Positions 35,854-48,290 are shown, counted from the stretch's first letter. The stretch: DNA of 64,000 nt from Octopus bimaculoides (GCF_001194135.2 NC_068981.1:116002136-116066135), one strand, 5' to 3'. The notes: a model not told the origin generated them from the letters alone. Translations and numbers: made by a program.

Positions 35854-35860
<7 letters not shown>
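35477..35860 (-). pseudogene. PLE GIY-YIG endonuclease remnant ending in the natural stop
   Basis: NIVIYKCIV...VYTGSTAN...KSTGLSKYIWELK..YTLRWSIIRRA..CLSCITE..LLN..KCRHKSNFTFNKMKY*. Confidence 0.85.
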
Positions 35861-35888
<28 letters not shown>

Positions 35889-35892
<4 letters not shown>

Positions 35893-36009
35893 AAGTAAAG
35901 TTGTGGAATTATTATTCTCAAAGACTTTTGATAATCTTTTTCTAAAAAAGTGAAACCGGTTAAGTAAATAAATATTTTTAAAAAATAAGTGCATTTTCAA
36001 ACCTTCTTT

Positions 36010-36056
<47 letters not shown>

Positions 36057-36173
36057 AAGTAAAGTTGTGGAATTATTATTCTCAAAGACTTTTGATAATC
36101 TTTTTCTAAAAAAGTGAAACCGGTTAAGTAAATAAATATTTTTAAAAAATAAGTGCATTTTCAAACCTTCTTT

Positions 36174-36177
<4 letters not shown>
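35889..36177. repeat. Exact tandem duplication of a 125-bp unit separated by (TA)n
   Basis: 35889-36013 identical to 36053-36177. Confidence 0.95.
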
Positions 36178-36216
<39 letters not shown>

Positions 36217-36229
36217 TAATATAAACGTA

Positions 36230-37150
36230 TCTATCTATACACACACATACACACACATACACACAAAGTATTATATATGCATGCGTGTGCTTGAGTGCAT
36301 GTGTATGTGTGTGTATTATTGTGTGTAATCTCAATTTTATTTGGCGCTAATCTCATTTAGAATTAACGCTTCAGTTTGCTTGGCATTTAGTTACAAGTCC
36401 TAGCTTGTTTCGTCACACATACACATGGATACACACACAAATATATACACTCTCGTACACTTGAAGAACCATTCACGCCAGTTCACATACATTCACTCAT
36501 AGATTCACAACTATAGACATTAACATGTTTACATATGGAATTACATCACTGTGCTGTACACACATTTCTTTACGCTCACTCCTATTCATTGGCAAACACA
36601 CACCTCATACAACTCACTCCCGTATGCGTGTTTACACGCATGCGCATACATACGAACACGCACAGTTAGACAGATGTACTCAGCGTCCCATATTTACATA
36701 TACTCGCGCTTACTCGAACATATACTTACATGTGAATTTATACACAAATGCATGCACATACACAAGCATGCACACATCCGGCATACATTCGTATCGAAAT
36801 ACACTCTCGCACACGTTGTCAAACACACGTCCGCACGCCCACACGCCCACACACCTGCTCAGATACACGCGTACGTTGAGATATACATCCCACGCGCTCT
36901 CATACAGATCCATACACAGATGCACTTGATCACATACATTTCCTCACACATATACGTTCACAGACTTGCACGCACACTCTCACACAGAGACACACACATC
37001 TTCCTACACACAAGCACGCATGCACATACACACATACAGACATAGTCACGAAAGCTCGCATATACATAATAATTCACACCTGCACACGCACACAGACACT
37101 CACACACACTTACACTTCCTCACTTGCACACACTTGCATTCACACAGAGA
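36230..37150. repeat. Degenerate CA-rich low-complexity tract
   Basis: Visible; gives the H/T-rich pseudo-ORFs. Confidence 0.85.
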
Positions 37151-37359
37151 TAAAACCACAAAGGGCTTGCTCTGGATTATCTCGGGGCATCCAATTATTT
37201 CTTCTACATTAACACAGTCATAATCTGATCAAATATATGAAACTAAGCATAATCACAATAATGATTCCTAACAATGGTACAGAGCTGGACGAAGATCTTG
37301 TAAAAGGTGTTCAATCGGTTAAATCAAACTTCAATCAATATTTGGATGATACTTTATTC

Positions 37360-37485
37360 GAAAATAGTATTTTATTTTATCGCACTCAGTGAAAATGACC
37401 CTGTGGGGACTGAACTCACAACGTAAAGAACCATAACTAAATACCACAATATATTTTTTCGCCTCAGTACCGAATCTGCTAATCG
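37360..37485 (-). mobile_element. SINE family A, strongly diverged
   Basis: ggactgaactcacaacgtaaaga..aaatacc..atttttcgcc..gaatctgcta. Confidence 0.55.
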
Positions 37486-37657
37486 ACCGTTCATCTCTCT
37501 TAATAATTATAAATACCAGTCTGACTCGAGAAAATTCCACATTTTATAAATGTTCTTATTTTTATTATGCTGTATAAAATTATAGATGTTCATAACATTG
37601 TTTTATTGCATTGAAAATTCAGTTATGTTTCCGATTTCGTTAAAGTTAAAGTTGTTG

Positions 37658-37731
37658 AAAGTGAACTAGAGTTACAGCTTACCTGTGCAAATCACTTGGA
37701 CAGGTAAACTGTAACTCTACTGTCTCACTTT
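37658..37731. other. Pre-miRNA-sized hairpin (24-bp upper stem, 22/24 complementary, plus 7-bp basal stem)
   Basis: tagagttacagcttacctgtgcaa (37667-90) / atcac / ttggacaggtaaactgtaactcta (37696-719); aaagtga / tcacttt. Confidence 0.8.
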
Positions 37732-38100
37732 GTCCCAAACGTTTATGCCTGTTTTCAGACTTTTACTTAGCCTTTGTTTCATACGTATTGAATAATTTAA
37801 AGCTTTCTTTTCATTCTTGTGGTTGAAAAACATTTGGAATGTGTATCATATATGAAGCCTGGAGGCCAGCGAAATATGCCCTGTGTATCACATGAGATTC
37901 TAGGACAGGCAAAGGGTAGGAAGTGCAACACCCTAATATATGACGTTACAGTAAATAAATTGATAAATAAATAAACAATATAGATTATTTCTAACTTAAG
38001 CAGAGCAACAGCCAATTGTAATAGTCAATTCAGGGTATTTGGTAGTATACGTAAAAATATTACAGTATCATCAAATGGTATGAAAATTCCTCACATACAT

Positions 38101-38282
38101 GCACTTGCTTCCCAACCACATGGCGCCTAGTTCAGGCACACTGCTTTGGGCAAGTATATTCTTCTACATTCTACTATTCTACTTCTGACAAATGTATTCT
38201 ACTATGTCCCCGGGTCGACCAAATCCTTTTGAGTGTATTTGGTAGACAGAAACTGAAACAAGCCTGTCGTATATGTGTATGT
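38101..38282 (+). mobile_element. SINE family B, 5' half
   Basis: cttgcttcccaaccacatgg..ttgggcaagt..gtcgaccaaa..tttggtagacagaaactgaaacaagcctgtcgtata. Confidence 0.82.
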
Positions 38283-38795
38283 CTCTTCTATTTTTAATTA
38301 TTGTAAATCTTCCACTGAGGAGGGAGCTGGTTTCCAACAAATATACAAGGCTCCATCTTTGGGATGTAGTTAACACAGACAAATTCACATTTGAAACCTG
38401 AGAAAAGTTTTGCATATTTTTACTATTCCACTCACTGATTGCACTTGTAGTGTACGAATTAGTCGGTCGATTTCTTTTTCTGAAAATCCCAGTTTATCCA
38501 TATTCTCCTTTAAGCATTTACTAGCAAAACCTAGTGCTCCACTTATTATTAGTATGAATATGAATTTATAGTCTGGATATAGAAGCTGGAGGTTTCGAAG
38601 CAGTTGTCAATAGATACCCTCTTTTTCTTTGATTTTCAAAAAGAGGGCAGCTGATCTCTATGATGGTAGATGCCTTTGCCCTTCTGTCCCAAACAACAAT
38701 ATGTGGCCTGTTATGTTTACGTTTGATAGAAGTTTTGATGAGTATATTCCACCAGTATTCCTTGAGTTGGTGTTTATAAATATATTCCATAACAG
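38283..38795 (-). mobile_element. 3' fragment of R4/Dong-like REL LINE (same subfamily as 24775-25965)
   Basis: EYWWNILIKTSIKRKHNRPHIVVWDRR..IIEISCP..KEKEGIY*QLLRNLQLLYPDYKFIFILIISGALG..VKICKTFLRFQM*. Confidence 0.88.
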
Positions 38796-38839
38796 ATGGA
38801 TATTCTAAGTTTAATTCAGGAGTCTTTTTTTGCGGACAT

Positions 38840-39666
38840 TATGAATAATGAAAATTGTAAAGGAGAAAAGTCATTAGTGAAGGAGAAATTACTGGGATCA
38901 AATGTAACCAACGTCAATAATGACCACAAACGGTTGGGAACGCTTTTTATCTGGGGGCTAGACAACAGCAATATACAAATCCTCCTCACCTGGTGTCCAT
39001 TTTAGGTTTTGCTGTTTGTTATCTCCCTTCAAAATAATACTAAGGTACCCTGATCTTTATAACGGATCATTATATACTTAATATTGTTGTTCTTGTTGTT
39101 TAGCCCCAGGTCAGCTATGATAACATCGTTTTTTTCTTTTTTTTCTTTTTCCAGTGTATCGCAGAAAATATTATTACCGAAAGTGACCTCGTATGAGAAA
39201 AAAAGATGCGTGGTGAGTTACATTTTGCTCAATTTCTCAGAGGTTCGTGTTTCCGCGTTGGATAATGATGTTGTTGTTGTTTAGCACGTGTCAGATTTGA
39301 TCAAACGGATCGATGATTAAAACGCTGTAGCTATGAAAATGTTGTCTTTTTGTATATAGAGGAACACATTGTCGAACGTGTTCTTTCTATATTATGCTTT
39401 TTATTACGATTGAAAGACGGTTTAGCTGCCATTTCTAAAGGATCGACACTTCCTTGTTGGCTTGATTTTTTTAGTCCTGAATCAGACCTTTCTGAGCAAA
39501 TTTATAAACAAAAATGCTTTTCCATCTATCACAAGCACGTGTCTCTTTCTAATAACTGGGTAAAATTGGAATGTGATTTGACTGCTATTTCTAGCATATC
39601 GAAGATCACAATGTAATTTCTCCTTCACTAAAGCCTTTTCTCCTTTACAATTTTCATCGTGTCATG
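38840..39666. mobile_element. About 830-bp segment bounded by roughly 60-bp inverted repeats (MITE-like)
   Basis: atgaaaattgtaaaggagaaaagtcattagtgaaggagaaattac (38848-92) versus gtaatttctccttcactaaagccttttctcctttacaattttcat (39613-57). Confidence 0.75.
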
Positions 39667-40291
39667 AGGATATATATATATATATTGCTTATCTCAACAA
39701 TACATATAAACAAAATAAGGTAGAATGAAATAAGAAGCCAAACTCCGCCTCCTTGCCGTAAGCCAGCCCTGCTGAATTTCATTATTGACTATAGACTTAG
39801 TAAGGAATAACAGAGAGCCAGTCAGTGAATGAGTCAGTCAGGCAGCCAGAGAGATTTGTAGGTATTTCTGACAATCAGGATAGATAGTCTCTATAACTAG
39901 TTGGGTAGACGAGTGATGGATAGTCAGTTGTCAGTGTAAATCACATTGTAGGAATACAATGCAAACAGAAACAACATGGGGAAAGAAAGAAATCAGAGGC
40001 AAGCACATTTTGGGCGGGGCATTTTGCCAGGAAATAAATGGAGAAAAGTCATGTATAGCTGTCTGTCTCTCTGTTTCTGTCTCTCTGTTTCTGTCTCTCT
40101 CTCTCTCTATCTCTCTCTCTTTCTCTCTCTCTCTCTCTTTATATATATACGTACACATGATTATCTGAAGAAATGGCAGAGTAACAGGTCAGTGGAGCGG
40201 CTTAAATATAATTATTGCATCTACGTCTGCGTTGAGTACTTCACTGAATCGTTACCAAACTAAAAGGCTAAGTGTGCGTATGTATATTCAC

Positions 40292-40319
<28 letters not shown>

Positions 40320-40322
<3 letters not shown>

Positions 40323-40646
40323 CTGGCACTCTGTCGTTTATGGTGACGAAGGTTCCAGTTGATCCGATCAACGGAACAGCTTGCAGCGTGAAATTAACAT
40401 GCAAGTGGCTGAGCACTCCACAGACACGGGTACCCCTTCGCATACTTCTCAGGGAGATTCAGCGTGACACAGAGTGCGACAAAGCTAGCCCTTTAAAATA
40501 CAGGGATTCATTTTTGTCAGCTGAATGGACTGGAGGAAAGTGAAATATAGTATCTTGCTTAAGGACACAACGCACCGCCGGGAATCGAACTCGCAACCCT
40601 ACGATCGCGAGTCGAATGCCCTAACCACTAAGCTACGCGCCTTCAC
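40320..40646 (-). mobile_element. SINE family C, full-length (tRNA-like head plus tgtgtccttaagcaaga domain plus body)
   Basis: Minus strand ggcgcgtagcttagtggttagggc (A box) ...gagttcgattccc (B box), then non-tRNA body. Confidence 0.9.
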
Positions 40647-40691
40647 ATAAATATAGATATAAATACACATATATACATATATAAAATATAA

Positions 40692-40732
<41 letters not shown>

Positions 40733-41322
40733 NNNNNNNNNNNNNNNNNNNNNNNNNNNNNNNNNNNNNNNNNNNNNNNNNNNNNNNNNNNNNNNNNNNN
40801 NNNNNNNNNNNNNNNNNNNNNNNNNNNNNNNNNNNNNNNNNNNNNNNNNNNNNNNNNNNNNNNNNNNNNNNNNNNNNNNNNNNNNNNNNNNNNNNNNNNN
40901 NNNNNNNNNNNNNNNNNNNNNNNNNNNNTATATATATATATATATCCATAATACTAATACGCAAGCTTGTTCTTTTTTGTGTCCGTACCTGTGGTGCTTG
41001 TCACATTTACCTCAAAATTTGGCCAGCTGAGTGGACTGCAGCAAGATAAACCATCAAGTGGTTGGAAGAAAACGAAAATAGATCCTATGGGTGTTAATCC
41101 GGTCCTAACAGCGGTATTTGCGGGTCTCACAGATTTGGTGGCCCAGCCCGCAGATAGACACTGATGCGCAGGCTGTTGTTATCAAACTAAGCGTGAGTCG
41201 AGGGTGAATACACTACAGAATAGCAATTATTTCGTCTTAGCTTTCACTGCTTATACTAAACACGTGACATTTTTGCTTTACGATATGGAACATTTCCTTT
41301 TCTTTCACTCTTTTTTTAAAAA

Positions 41323-41597
41323 ATGGCACTCTGTCAGTAAAATTAACACGCAAGTGGCTGAGTACTCCACAGACATGCATACCATAAAGTAGCTCTCTGG
41401 GAGATTCAGCCTCATACAGGCTGTGACAAGGCTGGCCCCTTTGAATTACAGCTACAACTCATTTTTGCCAGCTGAGTGGACTGCAGCAAGATGAAGTAGA
41501 GTACCTTGCTTAAGAAGACAGCGCGCCGCAAGGAATCATATTCATACCTATACGATCGTGGGCCGAGTACCCCTAAGCACTGAGCCACGCACCTTCA
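41323..41597 (-). mobile_element. SINE family C, internally deleted copy
   Basis: aaattaacacgcaagtggctgagtactccacagac..gccagctgagtggactg..acgatcgtgggccgagtacccctaagcactgagccacgc. Confidence 0.85.
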
Positions 41598-42347
41598 GTC
41601 TGTTAACCGTAGAGAAAAGGAGTGAAGCGATAGAGACAGAGAAAGGAAAGAATTTACAATGACAATTAGACTGAAATATGATCGATCTTTTCTCACTTCT
41701 TTACTTTTAACAATGAAGAAGAAGGAAAGACATTTAGTAATGAATAGAAGGAAAGTCTTTCAGGTTTTTACGTTTTTATTCTGGTAGTTCTCGAATGATC
41801 AATTATTAGTTCTCTCGTCTTTCCCCCCACCTCCGGTACTTATTCGCCTTCTTTCACAGATCTTCATGTCTTTTAGTTGGGGAGAAAGACCATGTCTTTT
41901 TTTTTTTTTTCAGGCACGTTTAACGTTTTCTCTACAAACTGCAAACAAGCCCCCTCCCTTCCTTTTTTTTCAAACAAAAACGAATGCAAATTTNNNNNNN
42001 NNNNNNNNNNNNNNNNNNNNNNNNNNNNNNNNNNNNNNNNNNNNNNNNNNNNNNNNNNNNNNNNNNNNNNNNNNNNNNNNNNNNNNNNNNNNNNNNNNNN
42101 NNNNNNNNNNNNNNNNNNNNNNNNNNNNNNNNNNNNNNNNNNNNNNNNNNNNNNNNNNNNNNNNNNNNNNNNNNNNNNNNNNNNNNNNNNNNNNNNNNNN
42201 NNNNNNNNNNNNNNNNNNNNNNNNNNNNNNNNNNNNNNNNNNNNNNNNNNNNNNNNNNNNNNNNNNNNNNNNNNNNNNNNNNNNNNNNNNNNNNNNNNNN
42301 NNNNNNNNNNNNNNNNNNNNNNNNNNNNNNNNNNNNNNNNNNNNNNN

Positions 42348-42396
<49 letters not shown>

Positions 42397-42449
42397 TAGT
42401 GTGTGTGTGTATGTGTGTGTGTGCGTATGTGTGTGTGTGCGTATGTGTG

Positions 42450-42556
42450 TGTGTTTGTGTCTGTGTTTGTCCCCCCACCACCACTGTTTGACAACCGATG
42501 CCGGTGTGTTTGCATCCCCATAACTTTGCTGTTCGACAGAAGAATACGAGAATACC
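42450..42556 (+). mobile_element. SINE family B, 3' half following (TA)n(TG)n and an N gap
   Basis: gtctgtgtttgtcccccc..gacaaccgatgccggtgtgtttgcatccccataact. Confidence 0.8.
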
Positions 42557-42856
42557 AGAAAAACGTTTCATACCACTAAACCAAGAAAGTTCTTTGAATA
42601 TGAACGATGTATTTTAAAGCTAAACACTAATTCTGTTTACGTTTGCATAACGTAGATATTTTGGTTGGATTATAGAGTTATCGGTTTTACACTTCTTCCT
42701 ATACTTTGTAACTGTCACAATACAGAAACATTTCTCAATGACACCAGCACACAATTTACAGATGCTTACATTTTTAATATTTTCTATGAATTTTTCACGA
42801 GTGCAGCTAGTAAAATATAAATACACATGTATATATAAATACACCCCCCCACACAC

Positions 42857-42887
<31 letters not shown>

Positions 42888-42974
42888 TATATGCATACAT
42901 ATATATACATGCACACATACACGCAAACACATACATACACACAAAGCCTTCTGTGTATTGTATAATATTTATGA

Positions 42975-43790
42975 ATTCATATTTTGCTACAAAGCCAGCA
43001 GCTTTTAGGGAAAAGCTTTAGTTGAGATTACATCGATCCTCGTATTTACCTGGTAAGTCTCTGTCATTGACTCCGCATGGATGAAATGTGAAGTTAACTT
43101 TGGCGAGATTTGTTCTCAAAAAATAAAAAAAACTGTGGCAAATACCAGAAGGCACTTTAGCCGATGATCTAATATGCCTGGCCAAATCCACCGCTCTTTA
43201 AAAAAAACTTTTTTTTTTAATATAAACAATTATGTCTAACAAAGCATTAATCTTGAAATTTTGGGGTCGTGTTTAGTAGATTATAATCCATATAATTCTC
43301 CTCTGGGGATTTATTTTATTGACTCCGGACGTGGGAAGGCAAACTCGACATCGGCAGGACTTCGTCTCAGAAACTAAGGGGTCGGAAGAAATAATGATTT
43401 CAAATCTTGGTACAAGGCCGGTAATATTGGGGGAGGGGTGAAGTCGATTACATCGACCCTGTTCCTCAAATGGTACTTATTTTATCGACCCCGAAATTTG
43501 AATTCAGAGCGTAAAAACGGACGAAATACCCGGCGTGCTAGCGATTCTGCCAGCTCGACGACCTAATCGGGAGAAATAATGCAAAGTATTTTGTCAACAT
43601 GCAAACGATTTTCCAATCCATCCCAATTCACAATTTTTGCTACAAACCCAGGGCCAGTATCTTTCACAAGAGGAACTACTCGATTAGATCGATCCCAGTA
43701 CTCGAGTAATCTTTTATTTAACAACCCAGAAAAGACGAAAGGCGATGTTGATCTCAAGAGAAATTGGGTACTGAATGCACTGAGCTGGAC
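42975..43790 (-). mobile_element. Cluster of four co-oriented SINE family A copies/fragments
   Basis: gattacatcga-type core at about 43027, 43278, 43446 and 43684; clearest head gattctgccagctcg at 43543-43558. Confidence 0.8.
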
Positions 43791-43910
43791 TAAATAACAC
43801 AAGGCACTATGTCGATCGTTTCAGTGGATTGTGAGAATCCTGAAATTCGTATCCTTCATATATATCGAGATTGTTTTCGGATTAAGTTCTCAAATGATCT
43901 ATCTATCTAA

Positions 43911-43970
<60 letters not shown>

Positions 43971-44959
43971 TTTATCATCACATATATACATGCACATATA
44001 AATATATTAACGTTTGCTTTTATGTATAAAAGCACTAAAACATCGAAGGAGCACTCAATTAAATTTAAATAGATTATCATATTTTAATGGGTTTTTTTTT
44101 TTTGCTTGGTTTAAAAAGAAAACTTTGTCTGCAAACTTCATCTTTGTGAACATATTTCGTATATAGTATGTTTGTAAATTGAACAGTGCATAACCAAGTG
44201 GTCTACATATTCGCTTTGATATCATAGGGCCTCGTCGTGTTCGATTCCATTAGTCGACTGCGTACCCCAGTGGATTTTACCACAACTGTGTGTAGAGACA
44301 AACACTCCAAGCGGAAGTGAATAGATTGTAGGAAGTCCATCGGACAGACTGCAGCAGTAATCCTGAGGTTGAACTTAAACACACTGCGGCACACTGATTT
44401 CACTTGAGAATTTTTTCTATAGTAGATAGTTATACCTTGAACAACTGGACACATATACGTTTATATTTTTGTCGGCGCATCTCTCTCTCTCTTTCTCTTT
44501 CGTTTCTCTCTCTTCACACACACACACATATATGTATACACATACATACATATGTATATACATATGTATATATACATGTATGTGTGTGATTCTGTGTGTG
44601 TATGTGAGCGCGCGCGCTCGTGTGTGTGTGTATAAATGATGGAGTGCTGATACTAGTGTGAAACAATAATTCCAACAGAGAATTTAGATTTGATTGCGTC
44701 TGAATCGGCAGAAATGAAACAGATTATGTACAGGCATTAATAGCAACGAGATGAAGATGAAAGAGAGAGAGGGAGAGAGAGAGATAGAGAAAGAAGGGTG
44801 AAAGAAAGAGAGAGAGTAAGAGAGAGAGAGACGGAAAGAAAAAGAGAGAAAGTGTTTGTGTGTATGTTAGGTAGATATATGAGCACTGCATAAATTAAGA
44901 ATTAAATAATGGATGGGAAAAGAGACCTGGAGCTTAAAGAATTTTGGAGGTGTGAGAGA

Positions 44960-45259
44960 AGCACAAGAAGAAGAAGAAGAAGAAGAAGAAGAAGAAGAAG
45001 CGGTAGGGATGAGAAAAACATCGGAGAAGCAGCAGGATGGCTATTTATCTGCGAAAAAGTAATAGTGGAGTGGGAGGGGCTGGCTGTCAGAGTTGGAAGG
45101 TGGAGCGATGAAGTTGATGGAGTAAATGGGCGGGGTCAACAGAATGTTTCTCGTTGCTGCTCATGTTCGCTGATCATCTTGCTTCCTGCTGCTTTTGGTG
45201 GTGGTGGTGGTGCTGCTACTACTACTACTACTACTACTACTACTANNNNNNNNNNGCTG

Positions 45260-45340
<81 letters not shown>
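44960..45340. repeat. (AGA)n, (GGT)n, (CTA)n and (CGA)n trinucleotide tracts
   Basis: Directly visible. Confidence 0.9.
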
Positions 45341-45341
<1 letters not shown>

Positions 45342-45589
45342 TTGTAGTACTCAGACATAGGGACGACAAAGAAAGAGAAAAAGTGAGAGAGAAGTTAAAT
45401 AGATACATGCTAGTGGCACGATCAGTGACGACTACTACTACTTTTTGCAATTCTGGCCGGCTTGCAGAAACACAAACACACACATACGCCCATACACGCA
45501 CACACATACACATACGCACATGTATTCACATACATATATATGTGTGTGTGTACGCATACATATACACATGGCTCGACCTCGCGAACGTA

Positions 45590-48290
45590 GAACCATGAAG
45601 GTAGTCTTCCACGTTGAATTGCCTCTTGTTCGCCTCGGCAAATATGCGTGCACTATGTAAGGAAGAAACAGAATGTTGCATGGTATGGCGCCAAGTTACA
45701 CAATTGGAGATTTTAGTAGACCCACATAACGGTTGAGGTGACAGGCAGATTATTTTCATATTTTTCTTGTACATTTTCGTTGATGCGTATCTATTCTGAT
45801 GACCAGAGGAAAGTTCACCACATAGCACAATCTTGGACAGGTAATGATCTTCCAACGTGTATACGAATCCTGTAAAATGTAGTTGCGCCTTTAAAAGCAT
45901 GGCCCTCGATGTGAATTTCCACTTATTTGAGGTTTCACTCCAGTGAATGTTGAGGTTGGCGTGGAGGTAGCGCTGGCGGAAGTGCTCAAGGAGTCGAAGG
46001 TTGTGATGATAGGTAATTCATGACTCGGTGTTGTAGAGAAATGTGATCTAATACGCTGATCTTTGTCTCTTTTCTAAAGGGCTTGCTGCTTCAAATAGTT
46101 TTGTACAATGAATGTTTGTCATTCAGCTGTCTACATGAATATTAGTATATCTGCTAGCTGAATTGTGGAAATGTTTCCAGCTCTGTTTCGCTGATGGGTA
46201 TTAAAGGACGGTGGTAACTTCGCGTCGGAAGAGCTCTGTGGGATCTACAAAGCAGGGCATTTTACACTTTAATATGTAAGCAACGATTTCTGTAACGTCC
46301 CAAAGGATATTTCTCAGAGAAATTGTTCCTGTGTCTTTGCTGTGGAACAGCCTTCGCCTCAGGTTGAATTGACTGCTATTGATGTATGTAGAGAACATCC
46401 TCTTCCTCGAAGTTTCTGTGGTCATTATGAGCATCAAGCGGAAGGAGTAATGAAGAAAGCAGGCACGAAGAAGACAGCTTCGCATTACATTCTTTCCTAT
46501 TTGGAAGAGCTGTGAGGGTTCGTTGTTGTGTTTGACTTGATCTTATGTAGCTGAATGAACATGTTGAGAAATTTTGGGGAACATCTCAATTGTTTCTTAG
46601 TTTTATCCGGGCCCTTCCTTCTCATTTTGTCGAAAGCTTTAGTAGGGTCTACAAGTGAACAATTCTGTGCTTTTCTTTTCATTTTCCTTGAGCTAATACC
46701 ATGTCATGAAAGCTCCTGTTTAGTCTGAAACAGTATTACTGTTTTGGCGGAATTAGTCTGCAATGAAAGATACAAATCAGTTTAGGAGAGCAATGGCAAG
46801 CACAATTGCCCGTTATTTTAAGCACCTTCGTTCTCTCATAGTGGTCACTACATCACTTACGTTCTGTTTTATTTCGCCTTTCTCTCATCATAAACAAAGA
46901 AATCATGCAACACTGAGCCGCCATTCATCCAAATCTCAACAATTTTCCCTCAACTCCTACCGCCTATCCATGTTTCAGCTGCTTTGTGGCCTTGATATGC
47001 TCTCCAATTGTTTTGATCCGATCCAGTGCTGTCTAAATTAGTGGATGCAACAAAAGATAAACTATGGAGTCTTGGAATCAAGTGAATGGTGTTCAGTAGT
47101 GTCTAAGAGTGTTCTAACCAATAGTTAAGGATGAACTCCTTAAACATTGCACTACTGATTGCACTAGTGATTGGTGCGAAAGGCCATACTTTAGCGACAG
47201 AAATTCAAAAAACCCGCTGTAGGCACAGATGTATACTCACAGTTTTGTTCTCTTTAAGATTAGCATACTAGAATTCTGGGTTTCTCTAAAACTGTACAGG
47301 AATTTGCTGCATACTGAACTCAAGTTAGCTTTCATATCAGGGCAAGTGGGCTGAGCAAGACACTACTGATGAGCAAATCTCTTTTTAGCTAACAAATCCT
47401 GGATCTCCTGGTTATTACCCTCGAACAGATATCTGCTTTTTTTTTTTTTTTTTTTTTTTTTTTTGTAGAAAACGCTTTGTCTCGTTCAGAAAACTGCAGT
47501 ATGGTGAGTTTTAAGTGTGCTTTTGAAAAGAAATCTATAAAGAAGTTAGAATTCTTGACAGAAGTTTTACTTAGAAAACAGCTTGATCCGATCCTTGGAC
47601 CAAATGTGCATCCAGATTTTCTCCAGACTATCTTTCTGCTAGAAGATGATAGTGGTGACTTGATTGTTGTTCAACACAACATTCTAGCAGAAGACATTGT
47701 TTGTCATTGCATTCTCCTATACCATGTTTGTCAAGTACCCCTTCCTAGGCCTCTGAAAAATTACCTATACTTGTCATAAAATTGCGAATGATAATTTTGT
47801 CGTCTGCAAGAGTGTTCTATTTGAAGTTGCGCAAATATAAAACTTAACCACTTCTGCAGAATCAGGTTGCTGAATGGGTGTATACATGCGCTGAAGAGTC
47901 AGTCATAATATCTGGTTTGAAGTGAGAGGCGCATGTTGTGAATGTAGTTGGAGTGATTGTTGTTAGGTTTTCCAACTTCGTGATAATTGATTTCTTCACT
48001 ATAAAGCCAACTCTAGAAAGGTGTCTTTCAGTCTCTGGTGTGTCAGACACTAGAGAGTGTAACCGGCTCCATGCACTTTAAAGCTATCTTTTTTCTAAGA
48101 AGCAAATAATCTCTCGGAGAAGCAATGTCGATATTCGAGCTTGAAAGTTCGTGCGTAACCAGAGCAGAGGCCTTTCTGACTGAGCATTTTTCCTGTGTCG
48201 AGCATAACCCGGATGTTCCAACAAATGAGCATAGTTTTTTCTGCACACGATATTATGAAGCAGCTATGTAGCTTTTCCTTGTTTGTTACT
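45590..48290 (-). mobile_element. Near full-length, heavily decayed RTE-clade (BovB-like) LINE with APE and RT
   Basis: APE: RKASALVTHELSSSNIDIA, TERHLSRVGFIVKKSI; linker EIQDLLAKKRFAHQ..AQPTCP; RT: FVDPTKAFD, CSPKFLNMFIQLH, SQFNLRR; C-terminus MLLKAQLHFTG..LSKIVLCGELSSGHQNR; 28-nt T run at 47437-47464. Confidence 0.9.

Larger units (their letters stand above)
32250..35860 (-). mobile_element. Penelope-like element (Hydra-type RT) in partial-tandem arrangement: upstream GIY-YIG 3' end, UTR/pLTR with hammerhead, RT ORF
   Basis: See the three sub-features below; bounded by (TA)n at 35860 and by the RTE junction at about 32250. Confidence 0.85.

Noticed and set aside
32429-35860. Genuinely permuted (N-terminal endonuclease, Naiad-like) PLE
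   Set aside because: EN ends in its own stop, is separated from the RT by about 1.1 kb of non-coding DNA containing a hammerhead, and the RT motifs are Hydra-type; a partial tandem explains it
40577-40646. tRNA gene on the minus strand
   Set aside because: A and B boxes are present but the acceptor stem does not pair and the sequence continues into a SINE body repeated at 12.1 and 41.3 kb; it is a SINE head
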